From positions 371,566,001 to 371,630,000 of the forward strand of contig OZ024742.1 of the NCBI GenBank assembly GCA_964016885.1: a stretch of DNA of 64,000 bases, read 5' to 3'. Source of the DNA: Eledone cirrhosa. Its lineage: Eukaryota. Made by a program: the position numbers and the translations under genes. Below are positions 62,114 through 64,000 of this stretch, in pieces; the first letter of the stretch is position 1; each line of letters opens with the position of its first letter. The notes beneath the pieces are model-generated. The model ran no database searches and was not told where the DNA came from. It saw nothing but the letters and a program-made list of their open reading frames with translations.

Positions 62114-63104
62114 CATCATCATCATCATCATCAACGTTTAACGTCCGTGTTCCACGCTTGCATGGGTTTGGACGGGGGTAGTCCCACTTGAGGCAAGAGT
62201 GATTGTCTTGCTCGCATAGGACTGTCTGGCAGGTTTTCTACAGTTGGATGCCCTTCCTAACACCAACCACATTTACAGTGTGGGTCTGGGAGGTTTTTAC
62301 CGTGTTGCCTACACGGCCACATTACAGCGTGGACTGTGTGTTTTTTTGTCGTGACACCTACACGATCTCATTTGTTTCGGCCTCGATGGCGCGGCACCAA
62401 CATAACTTTACATAGAACGGGGTGGTGTGGATCGGGTGGGGGTGGTGGGACGGGGTGTATTTTGTTAGAGATGCCTACTGGCTGGAGTAGGTTTTACTAT
62501 ATATTTAGGTAAGGCGGGTCTTCTCTGTTACTGAGTACCGCCAAAGGTCTCGGTCCAGTGACATTGTCTTGGAGAGGTGTAAGTGTGTGATGTCGGAGTT
62601 TATCAGCTCGTCCCAGGTTTTTCTAGGTCTGCCTATTCCGTGACTACCGTCTATCTTTATTGCCCTGCACTTTGTTATACAGCTATCGACTTTCATGCGC
62701 ATCACGTGTCCATACCAACGTAGCCTTCTCTCGAGTAAACAACATCTGATCCCTCTTATCTCTAATTTATTCCTTAGTTCGTTTATGCTTTGCCGTTCAC
62801 GTATATTACTGTTACACATCCAGCGGAGCATGCAAGCTTCGTTCCTCTCTAGTCTGCGTATATCCTCTGCACACAATGCCCAGGTCTCACTGCCATGCAG
62901 CATTGCTGTTCGTATGCAGGCATCGTACAACCTGCCTTTCATTTTTAGTGAGAACCCTTTAGCAGCTAATAGTGGTATAAGCTCTCTGAACTTTTTCCAA
63001 CCAGTTCTGACTCTAGCTACAGTACTTTCAGAGCACCCTCCCCCACTGCTGATTTTATCGCCCAGGTAACGGAAGCTGTCCACTATTTCTATAGAACCCT
63101 CTGC
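62114..63104 (-). mobile_element. 5'-truncated RTE-clade non-LTR retrotransposon (subfamily B)
   Basis: (CAT)6 tail, 3' UTR of about 390 bp sharing blocks with subfamily A (GGATGCCCTTCCTAACACCAACC), and an open C-terminal frame. Compared with the empty paralog at 46050, about 5 bp (AATAA) of target is lost and there is no TSD. Confidence 0.95.
62505..63104 (-). pseudogene. Truncated RTE ORF C-terminus (last RT motif, thumb and C-terminal domain), with no internal stops
   Basis: VDSFRYLG, HGSETW, RRLRWYGHVMR, GRPRKTW. Aligns without gaps to subfamily A, with 46 differences in 198 aa by hand count (about 77% identity). Confidence 0.92.
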
Positions 63105-64000
63105 ATACAATTAATTATTGCTAGGAACATATAAACATATATAATAAATACAATTAATTATTGTTAGGAACATATAAACGCATATAATAAATACAATTAA
63201 TTATTGCTAGGAACATATAAACATATATAATAAATACAATTAATTATTGTTAGGAACATATAAACATATATAATAAATACAATTAATTATTGCTAGGAAC
63301 ATATAAACATATATAATAAATACAATTAATTATTGCTAGGAACAAATAAACATACATAATGAATACAATTAATTATTGCTAGGAACATATAAACATATAT
63401 AATAAATACAATTAATTATTGTTAGGAACATATAAACATATATAATAAATACAATTAATTATTGCTAGGAACAAATAAACATATATAATAAATACAATTA
63501 ATTATTGCTAGGAACATATAAACATATATAATAAATACAATTAATTATTGCTAGGAACATATAAACACATATAATAAATACAATTAATTATTGCTAGGAA
63601 CATATAAACATATATAATAAATACAATTAATTATTGCTAGGAACAAATAAACATATATAATGAATACAATTAACTATTGCTAGGAACATATAAACATATA
63701 ATAAATACAATTAATTATGGCTAGGAACATATAAACATATACGATAAATACAATTAATTATTGCTAGGAACATATAAACATATATAATAAATACAATTAA
63801 TTATTGCTAGGAACATATAAACATATATAATAAATACAATTAATTATTGTTAGGAACATATAAACATATATAATAAATACAATTAACTATTGCTAGGAAC
63901 ATATAAACATATATAATAAATACAATTAACTACTGCTAGGAACAAATAAACATATATAATAAATACAATTAATTATTGCTAGGAACATATAAACATATAA
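63105..64000. repeat. 43-bp satellite array, segment 4 (continues past the right edge)
   Basis: Same monomer and orientation as the other segments. Confidence 0.99.

Noticed and set aside
1-64000. CRISPR array or repeat-spacer system associated with an RT
   Set aside because: The repeats are directly head-to-tail with no unique spacers and there are no cas genes. The five inserts are identical LINE 3' ends, and the RT is a eukaryotic RTE-type non-LTR RT.

Overview
About 95% of this window is one very AT-rich (about 16% GC) eukaryotic satellite array. The monomer is 43 bp (consensus CAATTAATTATTGCTAGGAACATATAAACATATATAATAAATA), with roughly 1,400-1,450 copies by hand estimate. Variant monomers recur in irregular higher-order blocks of about 1.4-6 kb. 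Four independent retroposon insertions interrupt the array, all on the minus strand: (i) a 5'-truncated RTE-clade LINE at 4728-6284 with an open RT frame carrying a C4HC3 PHD-like finger inside the RT; (ii) a second RTE subfamily (about 77% aa identical) at 62114-63104; (iii) a 62-bp 3'-end stub of that second subfamily, present in five identical copies through array duplication; (iv) a tRNA-derived SINE at 59562-59743 with a 17-bp TSD. Empty paralogous sites for each insertion lie inside the window, so the junctions can be read directly. No host genes, CRISPR array or prokaryotic features are supported. From memory, the RTE 3' ends and the SINE resemble octopus/cephalopod repeats (inference, not searched). 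The best leads are the clustering of RTE insertions at one position of the higher-order repeat, covarying pseudoknot/hairpin modules in the RTE 3' UTR, the PHD finger inside the RT, and short satellite-matching segments right after both RTE stop codons (speculative).
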